DNA from: an uncultured Planctomycetia bacterium
GTDB taxonomy: Bacteria > Omnitrophota > Gorgyraeia > 2-02-FULL-51-18
NCBI GenBank assembly: GCA_964642015.1
Contig: CAZXLF010000007.1
Span: 75,964-139,963 of the forward strand
Length of the DNA stretch: 64,000 nucleotides
Direction: 5' to 3'
Both the position numbers and the translations under genes were made by a program. The stretch's first letter is position 1. Each line of letters begins with the position of its first letter. The notes under the pieces were generated by a model that searched no databases, was not told the DNA's origin, and saw only the letters and a program-made list of their open reading frames with translations. Shown here piece by piece: positions 9,221-18,692 of this stretch.

Positions 9221-10756
9221 TCAGGCCGATTGCTTGTTCACGCGACGCCGCTTTTGCGCCACCCAAAACGTAAGGGGTTTTTTAAACATCAAACGTGTCT
9301 GTGCATCCAGCGCCGGGAGTGCCCCGAAAAACGTCGCAATGAGCGGTACGAATAACCACTCGACCGCGAAAACAATGCGTCTGAACCAGGGAAACCGTAT
9401 GTGGCGCTTCGGCAATAAAAGCAGACTAAGGCAGATCGAGACTATGATCGATAAAAGCGATAGGTGAAAAATCGTCGCGGTAGTACGCTGTGTGCCGTAA
9501 TAAAGCACATCTTTCGAAAACCGTTTCGACGCAAAAAGTATGGGAAGCCAACCGAGAAAGGTCAGCAAAAACGCCCAAGTAGCCCATGCTACATGCCCTT
9601 CAAGCAGTTTAAAAGCATATTTGACGCGCCAATGCCATGGTATAGCGCTTTTTCTTAAAAATGCGCGCGCGACGATCGGAAAGTTCTCTACTCCCCACGC
9701 CCATCGTCTTTTTTGCTTATAAACGTTAACGATCGTTTGCCACCAATTCTCGCCGGTGACGATATCCATCGATACCGTGACGTACATTGGTACGACTCGG
9801 TAATCACCGTCGAAATGGATGAAGGATTTCCAAAAAATAGCCGAATCATCTGACACCATGTCAATCGGCCAATAACCAACCTCGGTTAGCGCTTGAAAAC
9901 TCATGCTGTGGCTCGAAAACGTCACGAGTTTCCGAGAATCGGTGAGCTCTACCAGCATAAAAAAAGACGAGGCAACTTCAAGCACGCGTGAAAATCCAGG
10001 TACCTCCCAGATATTATTGTTGTAAAGAGGGATTGGCTGGAAACTCGCCCGCGCGCGATAAGGGCAAGTCATGAAATGATAGGTCAGGCACGCAAAGTAG
10101 TCGCGACTGACTACAGTATCGGCATCAAAACAGGAAGCGATTGCGTTTTCAAATGGAATATTTTTTTGGGTCAGGTAATCGGCGGCTACCTTGGCCGCAT
10201 AGGTGGCATTAGCACCTTTGACACGCGCCTCGCCCTCCAAACCGTCCGGATGCACGACCACCAAAAAATCCATGAAATAACGCCTATACTTTTCCACGAG
10301 AGATTCGGCGCTTTGATGCACGGCCGGTGTTGCACGTTGCTCGACAGCCAAAACGACCAAGATTTTTTCCGTAGGCAAAGATTGCAAAGACAGCGCGCGA
10401 ATGCCCGGATCCAGAATTTCTTCTGTTTCTCTTGCTATCGGTAGAATCACCACATGTCGAATGTCTTCATACCGAAGAGGCGATCCGTCCAACAAGCGGA
10501 TTTTGTCCATCCAATTGGTTGTCCGCTCACGCGATAAGATCAGATAGGATATCAAAAGAAAAAAAGTGCTGTAGAAAATCCGTAGAAGCCAGTAAAGGTC
10601 AAATGCGATGATCCATACGATTGCCAGCACGGGCTTTACAAACGAAAGCGCAGTGATACCAATAATCGTGACCCAGCTAATCGCACCCGGCAGGATCTCA
10701 AAAAAACGCTGCTGCCATTGGGCGCCGTGCCGTGTGGCAGAATAATCAAACTGCAT
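9221..10756 (-). CDS. Membrane-embedded processive GT2 glycosyltransferase
   Basis: KGAN, FDAD, SDD and QKRRW motifs; flanking transmembrane helices. Confidence 0.88.
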   Translation of the reverse strand: MQFDYSATRHGAQWQQRFFEILPGAISWVTIIGITALSFVKPVLAIVWIIAFDLYWLLRIFYSTFFLLISYLILSRERTTNWMDKIRLLDGSPLRYEDIRHVVILPIARETEEILDPGIRALSLQSLPTEKILVVLAVEQRATPAVHQSAESLVEKYRRYFMDFLVVVHPDGLEGEARVKGANATYAAKVAADYLTQKNIPFENAIASCFDADTVVSRDYFACLTYHFMTCPYRARASFQPIPLYNNNIWEVPGFSRVLEVASSFFMLVELTDSRKLVTFSSHSMSFQALTEVGYWPIDMVSDDSAIFWKSFIHFDGDYRVVPMYVTVSMDIVTGENWWQTIVNVYKQKRRWAWGVENFPIVARAFLRKSAIPWHWRVKYAFKLLEGHVAWATWAFLLTFLGWLPILFASKRFSKDVLYYGTQRTTATIFHLSLLSIIVSICLSLLLLPKRHIRFPWFRRIVFAVEWLFVPLIATFFGALPALDAQTRLMFKKPLTFWVAQKRRRVNKQSA

Positions 10757-11144
10757 CGTCTTCTCCCTTTTCTGAAATCGAACGAAGTTGTATCCGCTTG
10801 AATACTGTTGCCTGCTTGGCTCGAACAGGAATAAAACCGGACCAGGAACGTTTGCCCTCCATCGAAATCCTTACATAATAATAACCGGGTGGAAGATCCG
10901 AAATAGTAACCGGTGTTTTTTCAGGATAAAGCTCATCTTGCAGGTAAACGTTCGCACCCGGCGGAACGGTGACTAGGTGAATCACACCGGATCGGACAAT
11001 GCTGGGATTTGATCCGGTTACAAAAATATAACCGAGCGCGTTTAAAATCAAAAGCGGGCAGGCGATGATATAGACAAGAGCGAACGCGTAAAACAGAACT
11101 TGACGAAGACGCATCATGGTCTTGCTATCAGTCAAAGGATACAT
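10746..11144 (-). CDS. PEGA-domain membrane protein
   Basis: N-terminal TM, then TVPPGANVYL...TPVTISDLPPGYYYVRISMEG. Confidence 0.85.
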   Translation of the reverse strand: MYPLTDSKTMMRLRQVLFYAFALVYIIACPLLILNALGYIFVTGSNPSIVRSGVIHLVTVPPGANVYLQDELYPEKTPVTISDLPPGYYYVRISMEGKRSWSGFIPVRAKQATVFKRIQLRSISEKGEDDAV

Positions 11145-11321
11145 AACTAAATTGGTTCGTGACCTCCCTAAGTTTAGTTTTGCGTCATTAGTTATTAGAT
11201 GAGAGCCACCAATTGTTGTCGAATTTTCTCGAATTAAGGCGGAGGAAAATTCGACCTAAGAGATTGTGAAAGTCACATCGAAGCTAACCGGTTGAACAAA
11301 TGTTAATCTGTCCAATTTCTA

Positions 11322-12254
11322 TTATTTTTGTATCTCTAAAGCTGATTTTAATGCTTTCGCCAGATCGGTTGTAGGCCCCACTCCCCAATAATGAAGAAAA
11401 AGTATGCGCGGAGTCTCTCCTTCCATGTGATGGTGGATCGCAACAATGTTTATATTCGATTTCCTGAGAATTTTGAGCGTAGATTGTAATTCAGATTCCA
11501 AGACGGCGACATCGCCATCGACAATAGCGTTATCGTCAGACCCCGCAAAAGCAGCCCATGTATTTACTCCCATATCCTTGCCGGCTTCGCATTTACAAGA
11601 CATCGTTGTCTTTCTGCCTATGACTGCTTTGAACATGCCGTCCTTAGATTGCCCTTTAACACCTAAAATATCTTCTATTGTTTTTGGGGTGATTGAACTT
11701 TTTTCGGGTAGATGAGTTGATCCAGATATTTTTAATGGCTCAGGATTCTGTTTCCGTATCTCTTTTACTTTATCTAGGATCTTTCGGATAGCCTGTGCTA
11801 AGTTTTCTGGGTCACCCGCACTTGAGATGTGCATGAAATAAACCTTTGGTTCATCGTAAAAGAAATGATTGTGAAGTGCCGTGACTTCAAGGCCATTTTC
11901 AAGCGCTACGCTCATTGCGGAATTGACCTCATCCTGGAATAAAACAAAATCTCCCATCACCATCATTCCGCCTTTAGGATCTTTTTGAAACCCTGCCCAA
12001 GAGGTTAAGCCCATAAACGGAGGCATTTGCCATCCATCCACCGAGACTTTTACATCAGATCGCGGGTTGGTAACCTTAAAAACACTTTTATCGTCATTCA
12101 GCGATCCTTTGAGTCCCGTGATTTCTTCAATTCTCTGATAAACGTCCTGTTTCTCTGGAATAGAGTCTTTTGAGTTCGGTTCCGCGAATGAAAGATTCTG
12201 AATTGAAAAGATAAAGGTTGCTATTGTTATTCCAAGTAGAAAACTTTTTTTCAT
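11322..12254 (-). CDS. DUF1259 (LppY/LpqO-like) tandem-domain secreted protein
   Basis: MGLTSWAGF, ALHNHF...FMH and AIHHHM...FLHYWG repeats; start at MKKSFLL with GGAGG RBS. Confidence 0.85.
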   Translation of the reverse strand: MKKSFLLGITIATFIFSIQNLSFAEPNSKDSIPEKQDVYQRIEEITGLKGSLNDDKSVFKVTNPRSDVKVSVDGWQMPPFMGLTSWAGFQKDPKGGMMVMGDFVLFQDEVNSAMSVALENGLEVTALHNHFFYDEPKVYFMHISSAGDPENLAQAIRKILDKVKEIRKQNPEPLKISGSTHLPEKSSITPKTIEDILGVKGQSKDGMFKAVIGRKTTMSCKCEAGKDMGVNTWAAFAGSDDNAIVDGDVAVLESELQSTLKILRKSNINIVAIHHHMEGETPRILFLHYWGVGPTTDLAKALKSALEIQK

Positions 12255-12303
12255 AGATAACCTCCAAGTTTTTTTGAGAAATAATAAGCGCTTATGAAAC
12301 TTA

Positions 12304-12457
12304 CGATCCCGGCTGAATTGAACTGGAACCACATTCTGCATGAATCAGAGAATCTCTATAAACTTAAAGGGTTAGGATTACCTGCTGAAGGGCATTCTAT
12401 CATTGCTTAAAAAAGAATCCTAATCTTAACAGACTTCCCTTTGATATTAGAAACAGG
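12304..12457 (+). repeat. 154-bp repeat copy 1 (scar plus ELNWNH-type tail)
   Basis: Aligns by eye at roughly 75-80% identity with 18540-18692. Confidence 0.9.
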
Positions 12458-12580
12458 ATATTAAGTGTCTTTAAGAGAGATCGGATAAGTCCTACGAAGC
12501 TAAGTAGCAAGGTTACCTAATAACTTTAATCTTGCTGAATGTTTCACGATGGGATCATAAAATCGGGTTTTAGAAGGACG

Positions 12581-12973
12581 TTAGCGATCTAGCGTCTTTT
12601 TGATCAGTGATAAAAGCTGGTTACTATCTATCGGTTTTGGGAGTATGATGTTTTTCCCGATTACGTAGTTTGTTCTCCTCGCCTCTTCGGGTCTCACAAG
12701 ACACGTCATAAAGATAACTGGGATACGTGAGGTATCTTCGTTTTGTTGGAGATAGTTGGCTACGTTGTCCCCTTCCATTTTAGGCATAATGATATCCATT
12801 ACAATCATATCCGGGTGTGTTTCATGTGCAAGCCTCAGAACTTCTTCACCATCATTAGCTAGGACAACCTCAAAACCATTGGTTTCGAGACGTTTTCTTA
12901 TCATCTTTTGAACAGAAAGCTCATCTTCTGCCAAAAGGATCTTTATGGGTCTGTTTCCTTGTATTTCGGCCAT
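12581..12973 (-). CDS. Single-domain response regulator
   Basis: LLAEDE, MDIIMP, PKP. Confidence 0.92.
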   Translation of the reverse strand: MAEIQGNRPIKILLAEDELSVQKMIRKRLETNGFEVVLANDGEEVLRLAHETHPDMIVMDIIMPKMEGDNVANYLQQNEDTSRIPVIFMTCLVRPEEARRTNYVIGKNIILPKPIDSNQLLSLIKKTLDR

Positions 12974-13005
12974 GAATGCTTCGCTCCAACATTATACTTT
13001 CCAAT

Positions 13006-13035
13006 AAAAAGACCCATCTGAAAAGATGGGTTTTT
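13006..13035 (-). terminator. Hairpin with U-tract in the response regulator leader
   Basis: aaaaacccatc-tttt(ca)-gatgggtcttttt on the minus strand. Confidence 0.55.
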
Positions 13036-13356
13036 ATACGATCCTTTCAGATCGTCTTTTTAAACTACTAACATTCAACGAGCAAATATAATTTAGTTCC
13101 TATATTTCAAGGTTACACGACAATCAAAGTGGTGTCAATAAACAGGTGACTTTTTTGACACTTGACGTTACCCCAAAAACTGTACCGCTTGAAGCATAGT
13201 TTCTGAGGGTATTTAATACCGACCCCAGCTAGACGATTTTTGCAATTGGTTAATGAACGATAAAAATCAGTTTAAAGCTCTTTCGGAATCGTTGGACTCA
13301 TTTCTGTTTAGCTTAAATTGAATGAAAGAAAGGATCCTTAGAATCAGGCAATACGA

Positions 13357-14118
13357 TTAGTTTTTATGCAGGTCGTTCGAGAAAGTTGGAGTTTCTAAAA
13401 ACCTAGCTTGGTTTGGATATGTCCCAAGCCATTGCACGGAGCCTTTGTTAATATCATAAACCGCACCGACAATTTTTAGTTCACCTTCTTTAACTTTGTC
13501 TCTTATCTCGGAACTTCTTTTTAAAATATCCTCGATAGATTGCCAGACATTTTCTTCAATAGCGTATGGCAGAATATCGTCACCTTTTAGCTCTGGGTGA
13601 AATCGTTTTGCGTTTTCAACAGCAGGCATAATATTCTCAAGTAAATTCGGGATACTGCCATGCACTTCGGCATTCGTCGCAGCCGCGGCTACTGCCCCGC
13701 ATTGAGTATGTCCTAAAACAATCAACACCGGGGCATCTAAGTGGCCAACGCCATATTCCATAGATGCAATCTCGTCTGTATTTGCAACATTCCCAGCCAC
13801 ACGAATACTAAAAATGTCCCCGACACCTTGGTCAAATAGTACCTCTACAGGAACGCGAGAATCCGAACAGCTTAAAACCACACAAAAAGGTTTCTGTCCA
13901 TTTTTTGCTGTTTCTACTCGACGAGCTTCATCTGAACGAGGATGTATGGAAATTCCTGAAACATAGCGGACGTTGCCCTCTAAAAGCATTTGCAATGCCT
14001 GATCCGAGGTGACATTCTTCGACACCGTTTTATCGGCTGCGCAGGCACTGATTGCTACTGAGCACGTAAATACAATCCAAATCAAAAAAACTTTATGAGC
14101 GAATATTTTATTTTTCAT
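13357..14118 (-). CDS. Secreted beta-class carbonic anhydrase
   Basis: CSDSRV, RVAGN, GHTQCGA; N-terminal signal. Confidence 0.95.
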   Translation of the reverse strand: MKNKIFAHKVFLIWIVFTCSVAISACAADKTVSKNVTSDQALQMLLEGNVRYVSGISIHPRSDEARRVETAKNGQKPFCVVLSCSDSRVPVEVLFDQGVGDIFSIRVAGNVANTDEIASMEYGVGHLDAPVLIVLGHTQCGAVAAAATNAEVHGSIPNLLENIMPAVENAKRFHPELKGDDILPYAIEENVWQSIEDILKRSSEIRDKVKEGELKIVGAVYDINKGSVQWLGTYPNQARFLETPTFSNDLHKN

Positions 14119-14150
14119 AATGATAGGATAATACTATAAAAATAAATTTT

Positions 14151-14180
14151 CGACCCTATTTGTATAAAACAAAGAACCTT
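14151..14180 (+). repeat. 30-bp repeat copy 1 (scar plus RPxLxKTKN tail)
   Basis: 27/30 identical to 16842-16871. Confidence 0.88.
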
Positions 14181-14204
14181 CCGTGTGAAAGCGGTCTTAC
14201 CGTT

Positions 14205-15107
14205 CTAGCGATGAGCTAACTCTAAAGAGAGTCGGCGAGCTTTAAGGATGCTGAACTCCGGCGCTCGTTTTATATCCCACACAAAACCCAAGAGACTTGA
14301 AATCCAGATAAACCACTTGCTCGGGTCCCAGTGGTACCAACGGACACCATTGCGGTAATCATTAGGAAATTTGTGATGAAAACTATGATAGCCTTCTCCA
14401 CCTGTCAGGAAGGCGCCTAACCAGTTATCCCGCGCGCTTACTTCCGAAGCATACGTCGCTTTGCCAAAATAGTGCGCAAATGAATTGATGAAAAAAACGA
14501 CCTGAAAAACTACGAACAGCCGGGCCACCACTCCAAATAACAACGCTTCCAAAATGTGGCCACACATAGCCCCGATTGACACGGGCAGAAGGATCCCAAA
14601 ACTGAACGCCCACAGTTGAAAATGACGGTGTTGATTCATGATCAATTTGGACTTTTCCAGGTCTTTGACATTGGAATAATCAATGGATCGAAGATAAAAC
14701 AAGATCCAATCCATGTGCGCATAAAAAAACCCTTTTTTGATATTGTAAGGGTCTCTGTCTGTATCCGTGTATTGATGATGTGTGCGGTGCAAAGAAGCCC
14801 ATTTGAGCGCCGATTGCTGAAAAGTCGAAGCGCCGAACGCTAGCATTAAAAAACGATAAGAGACATTAGCCCGGTAAGTGGAATGAGCATAAAGCCGGTG
14901 ATAGCCGGCCGTGATGGCGGTCACACCGCATATACACATGCCAAAGAACAAGAAAACGCTTGCTGTATGAATGCCATAAAAAAACAGATAGAGGGGACAG
15001 CCGACCAACGCTATGACGGAGATGCCATATAAAAAAATAATGCTCGGCCACCGGTTATGCCGCACGCCGATGGTGCAATCTTTTTGAATAGAAGAAATGG
15101 AACTCAT
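14205..15107 (-). CDS. Delta-9 acyl-lipid/acyl-CoA desaturase
   Basis: His boxes YHRLYAH, HRTHH, YHSFHH; DPSKW. Confidence 0.93.
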   Translation of the reverse strand: MSSISSIQKDCTIGVRHNRWPSIIFLYGISVIALVGCPLYLFFYGIHTASVFLFFGMCICGVTAITAGYHRLYAHSTYRANVSYRFLMLAFGASTFQQSALKWASLHRTHHQYTDTDRDPYNIKKGFFYAHMDWILFYLRSIDYSNVKDLEKSKLIMNQHRHFQLWAFSFGILLPVSIGAMCGHILEALLFGVVARLFVVFQVVFFINSFAHYFGKATYASEVSARDNWLGAFLTGGEGYHSFHHKFPNDYRNGVRWYHWDPSKWFIWISSLLGFVWDIKRAPEFSILKARRLSLELAHR

Positions 15108-15143
15108 TGGTTCTATGCCTCAAGAGCCCGGTCTAAAAACGGC

Positions 15144-15302
15144 CTACTTTATGAGAACGTTTTGATTCTCTGGAGCAGTTTCTGATTCGGCCGAAGAAAT
15201 AATCTCCGATTTTTTATTCAACTTTTTGATACGTTTCTCTTCCTGTCTTGATTTTTTGGTTTCTTCGATTTTTCTTTTGTTGCGGCCAAAATTATGTCTC
15301 AC
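15144..15302 (-). CDS. 52-aa basic protein
   Basis: GTG overlaps the upstream stop (GTGA); MRHNFGRNKRKIEETKKSRQEEKRIKK...; not in track. Confidence 0.5.
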   Translation of the reverse strand: MRHNFGRNKRKIEETKKSRQEEKRIKKLNKKSEIISSAESETAPENQNVLIK

Positions 15303-15727
15303 GCGATGGTCCCTTCTCCTTCGATTCCAACGATACAGACGTTGTATTCCAGGATTTTTCCGGCGAACGGATGATTGAAATTAAGCAACAACGTATCCTT
15401 GCGAATTTCCTTGATTGTCGCAAGATACTTGCCGTCTTTGAAAGACTTTATTTCTTTCCCGACAATGTGGTCTTTTTTTGGAAAACGGGTTTTGGGGATT
15501 TCAAAGATAGATTTCGGGTTTTCTATCCCAAATCCGTTCTTAGGAGACAGGTAAAAGCGTTTCTTGTCCCCCAATTTCATGCCTTTCAGAACTTTTTCAA
15601 GTCCTGTGGGAATTTCTTTCTTACCGTGGGTATACCGGAAAGGCCGGGCCGTGGCGAAACTCTTCACAAGTTTTCCGTCGACGATTAGATCATAGGCTAT
15701 GGCGACCTTCTTGCCTTTACAGATCAT
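15299..15727 (-). CDS. SlyD-like FKBP peptidyl-prolyl isomerase without His-rich tail
   Basis: IPTGLEKVL.GM..G, NFNHPFAGKIL. Confidence 0.88.
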   Translation of the reverse strand: MICKGKKVAIAYDLIVDGKLVKSFATARPFRYTHGKKEIPTGLEKVLKGMKLGDKKRFYLSPKNGFGIENPKSIFEIPKTRFPKKDHIVGKEIKSFKDGKYLATIKEIRKDTLLLNFNHPFAGKILEYNVCIVGIEGEGTIA

Positions 15728-15973
15728 AGGGCCCTCATTTAAAACAACAGCTTTTAGGAAACCTTAATTAATAGGGAAGTTAGGACTAGACATAGTTTAA
15801 GCTAATAACAGAGAATAAGATAGGTAAATCTGAGGAAACTTTCGACCCATTGGGGACGCTGGGCGGACTTCACAGCTACAAGTAATATCGTTACTTATAA
15901 AGCTTAAGAAAACACGAGGCCACGGATTCGCATTCTATTTAGGAGAAAATTAATCGAAATGCCCGACTTTGAT

Positions 15974-16348
15974 CTACCGCTTACTTTTGTTGAACATTTG
16001 AGCAATTGTTTCTTTATCAGTTTCATCGATTAAGTTATAAAACCTGCTTTTATGGTTGAGGAAATCTATTATTGTGATTGTCTGATCTTTCACGGTCTCA
16101 ACATACATTTTTCCTGTCCAAGTATCAAAAACGACAAAAACATTTGTAGGCACAGACTTTTTAAGTTCTTTACCAGTGTTAACATCAGCCCATGTTTCTT
16201 CTAGATTGATAGTTTCCCTACCGTGGTATTGATAACGAAAGGGGCATAATCCAGATTTCAACAAATTATTGATTGGAAATGTTTTTCCCGCCATGAAAAT
16301 TGTGAACAAAATCAGAATCATTACTTGAATAAATGTTCTCCACTTCAT
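15974..16348 (-). CDS. Hypothetical exported or membrane-anchored protein
   Basis: ORF with RBS and N-terminal hydrophobic segment; FDTWTG motif. Confidence 0.6.
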   Translation of the reverse strand: MKWRTFIQVMILILFTIFMAGKTFPINNLLKSGLCPFRYQYHGRETINLEETWADVNTGKELKKSVPTNVFVVFDTWTGKMYVETVKDQTITIIDFLNHKSRFYNLIDETDKETIAQMFNKSKR

Positions 16349-16379
16349 ACGTTCCCTCTCATTCTTGTTCGAAGAACAA

Positions 16380-16814
16380 TTAACTAAGCAACCAGCACAT
16401 TATTCTAGAGAAAAGATGTCCACTGGGATAAATAACCATTAGTAATCCAAAAAATAGATTCTTCTCATTTTGGTTGGGAATATTAAACCCATAAATAAAT
16501 GCGGCTAATAAGAGTAAAGCAAACGCTGTCAAACTATCCGCTTTGCGAGAGAAGAAATCTGTCTTAGCATTTTCGTTATCACCTGAAATTTTTTCTATAG
16601 TTTTTTTACTCCGGTACATATCTGCGCGTATCCAAAAATAAGATGCGGCGAATGGTCCGGCAATTGAAAATATCGTGATTCGATTTGGCCATGGAAACGA
16701 GATGCAGAGTAGCCATACGCCAAAAAAGAAAACAATGATACGACAAACTCTAGTGAAGTTAATGAATGCCATGTCTTGGATTACTATTTGCTCCTTCTTC
16801 TGAGGTAAAGCCAA
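16380..16814 (-). CDS. Hypothetical four-TM membrane protein
   Basis: Four hydrophobic segments; start uncertain. Confidence 0.55.
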   Translation of the reverse strand: MALPQKKEQIVIQDMAFINFTRVCRIIVFFFGVWLLCISFPWPNRITIFSIAGPFAASYFWIRADMYRSKKTIEKISGDNENAKTDFFSRKADSLTAFALLLLAAFIYGFNIPNQNEKNLFFGLLMVIYPSGHLFSRIMCWLLS

Positions 16815-16841
16815 TTCAGGTTGGCCCGCGCGTCAATAATG

Positions 16842-16871
16842 CGACCCCATTTGGATAAAACAAAGAACTTT
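16842..16871 (+). repeat. 30-bp repeat copy 2
   Basis: Begins with gcgacccca, a 9/9 match to the tRNA-Glu end; matches 14151-14180. Confidence 0.88.
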
Positions 16872-16921
16872 TAGGATCTCTGCAAAATTGCCTTTTTAAC
16901 TTATTGATCTAAAAAGAATGG

Positions 16922-18397
16922 TCATTGCTTTTCAGTGATGGCCGCTGAACTAACCGCAAATGTCTTTTTTCTATTGTCTTGATTTGCTGCGGATGCGTCT
17001 GGAGTTGTATTGACAAAACCGATGGACTTACCGCTTGGCTGACTGGTCGATAAAGCTGTTGTTGAAGTTATTTCGGGTATTCTAGCCGAAGAAGCAGTAT
17101 GTGGTGTAGTATTCAAGTTCTCTGATTTGTATTTAAATTTTTTATTGGCTGTTTTGATATCCAATGCCTTGCCGTCCTTGTAAACGGCTCTGAACTTAAT
17201 GTCATAGTCTTGGTTTGGAGCGGGACTAAAAGAATAAGACCACCGAGATATTCCTTCTATATTATGCCAGCTGAACCCGCCATCCAGGCTTACTTCCAAG
17301 TGATCCACGGGAGCATTGTCATTTAGATTTCCGGAAAGCACTGCGGGTTTGCCGTTCAAATCTTCAAAAGACATGGACCGAGAGACGTCTTCAAGATCTT
17401 CTCCGTTCAGCTTCACGCTCGAGAACTCTGGAACGGAGATTTCCGCCGGGCCGTCGGCTTTTGCAAAATCCCCCGTATCGATGATCGAATGAGATTTGTC
17501 CTGGCCGAGGTAAATCAAGTCCTTATTGGTGGGGGGTTTCGTGGGGCGAATGACACTGTTCTCAACGACCGGAGAAGTATTGTCAATGGTCACGTTGGAC
17601 TGCGCGTACCCGGATTTCATCTCTGTTGATGCCGGCGGGCTTCCGTCACTGCCATCATCAATGGGAATAAATGCAGATGTTGTGGCGCGGACCATGGCCG
17701 GGCCGTCGGGCTGGAGGCGGGTATCCCACCGGAAAGTGTATGTCATTTTTGGCTTTGTAACGGTCACCTTCGGAAATAACTCGTAAGAGCCCGGAAAATC
17801 CACCCCAACCGTTAGGGCACCTGCGCAATCACCGGACTGATCTACTAAATTGACCACGATATTCCGGACGCCGTGAACTTGCTCACCTTCTTTGGGGTTG
17901 ATGGTCACATCCACGCAAGGGGCCAAGACCCTTTCACTCTCATAAAAGTGCTGATACACGATCGGGGTTTGTGTCACTTCACCAAGAGCCTTAGACGCCA
18001 GGTCATAGACAGTGGCTTTGAGAGTTACCGGACCGAAGGGACTTTTCCCCCACGCGCCTTTGGGGTCGTATTTCGCAATATCCCATGTCACGTAATAAGT
18101 CTTGCCGGAACCTTTCTGGACTTTGATCGTCTGCGGTGGCTGGTTTCCGATCGTGAGCTCTATATGGTCGGCAAAACGGTTGTTCGAAAGCTTAACGCCA
18201 ATGAAAGTGACGTCGTACACTTTTTCGTCATCGGCGGGGCTAAGGGTTATGGTGCAGTCATGGGCGTCGGAGAGGTTGTTGTTTTGAGCATTGCCCTGGC
18301 TTGCCCATGACGGATGGATTTGAATCCCGGAGAGGATCAAAAAAATGGCCGAGCAAAAGAGAAGCTTCAAACAAGAACACTTGGTCACATTTGCCAC
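16922..18397 (-). CDS. Secreted multi-Ig-like (Big) domain protein
   Basis: Signal peptide; WDTRLQPDG, VTIDNTSP, VEVSLDGG-like motif; S/T-rich tail. Confidence 0.75.
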   Translation of the reverse strand: MANVTKCSCLKLLFCSAIFLILSGIQIHPSWASQGNAQNNNLSDAHDCTITLSPADDEKVYDVTFIGVKLSNNRFADHIELTIGNQPPQTIKVQKGSGKTYYVTWDIAKYDPKGAWGKSPFGPVTLKATVYDLASKALGEVTQTPIVYQHFYESERVLAPCVDVTINPKEGEQVHGVRNIVVNLVDQSGDCAGALTVGVDFPGSYELFPKVTVTKPKMTYTFRWDTRLQPDGPAMVRATTSAFIPIDDGSDGSPPASTEMKSGYAQSNVTIDNTSPVVENSVIRPTKPPTNKDLIYLGQDKSHSIIDTGDFAKADGPAEISVPEFSSVKLNGEDLEDVSRSMSFEDLNGKPAVLSGNLNDNAPVDHLEVSLDGGFSWHNIEGISRWSYSFSPAPNQDYDIKFRAVYKDGKALDIKTANKKFKYKSENLNTTPHTASSARIPEITSTTALSTSQPSGKSIGFVNTTPDASAANQDNRKKTFAVSSAAITEKQ

Positions 18398-18539
18398 CTT
18401 TCAGCGGACACAAAAATTCCACCTCGTATTTTAAAACAAGTTCGGATTCTTGCCTAACAAAAACGCGGTCGACGCAACTGTACCGCACCTGCCCTGCAGG
18501 GACATGTTAGGTTTTCTCGGTTTTAAATCGGGGAAAATT

Positions 18540-18692
18540 CGACCCTAGTGGAATTGAATTGGAACCACATTATCCATGAATTGGAGAATCTCTATAAACT
18601 CAAGGAGTTAGGATCGTCTTCAGAAAGTCATTCTATCATGCCTAAGGCGGAATCCTACTCCTAATAGACTCCCCTTTGGTATTAGAAACAGG
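18540..18692 (+). repeat. 153-bp repeat copy 2 (scar plus ELNWNH tail)
   Basis: Homologous to 12304-12457; overlaps the 3' end of the PiT gene. Confidence 0.9.

Noticed and set aside
11165-11200. GACGCAAAAC on the minus strand resembling a c-di-GMP-I riboswitch
   Set aside because: The upstream GGCAAA...GAAA stem and the second hairpin are missing.
12540-12552. TGTTTCACG parS half-site
   Set aside because: No second half of the palindrome.
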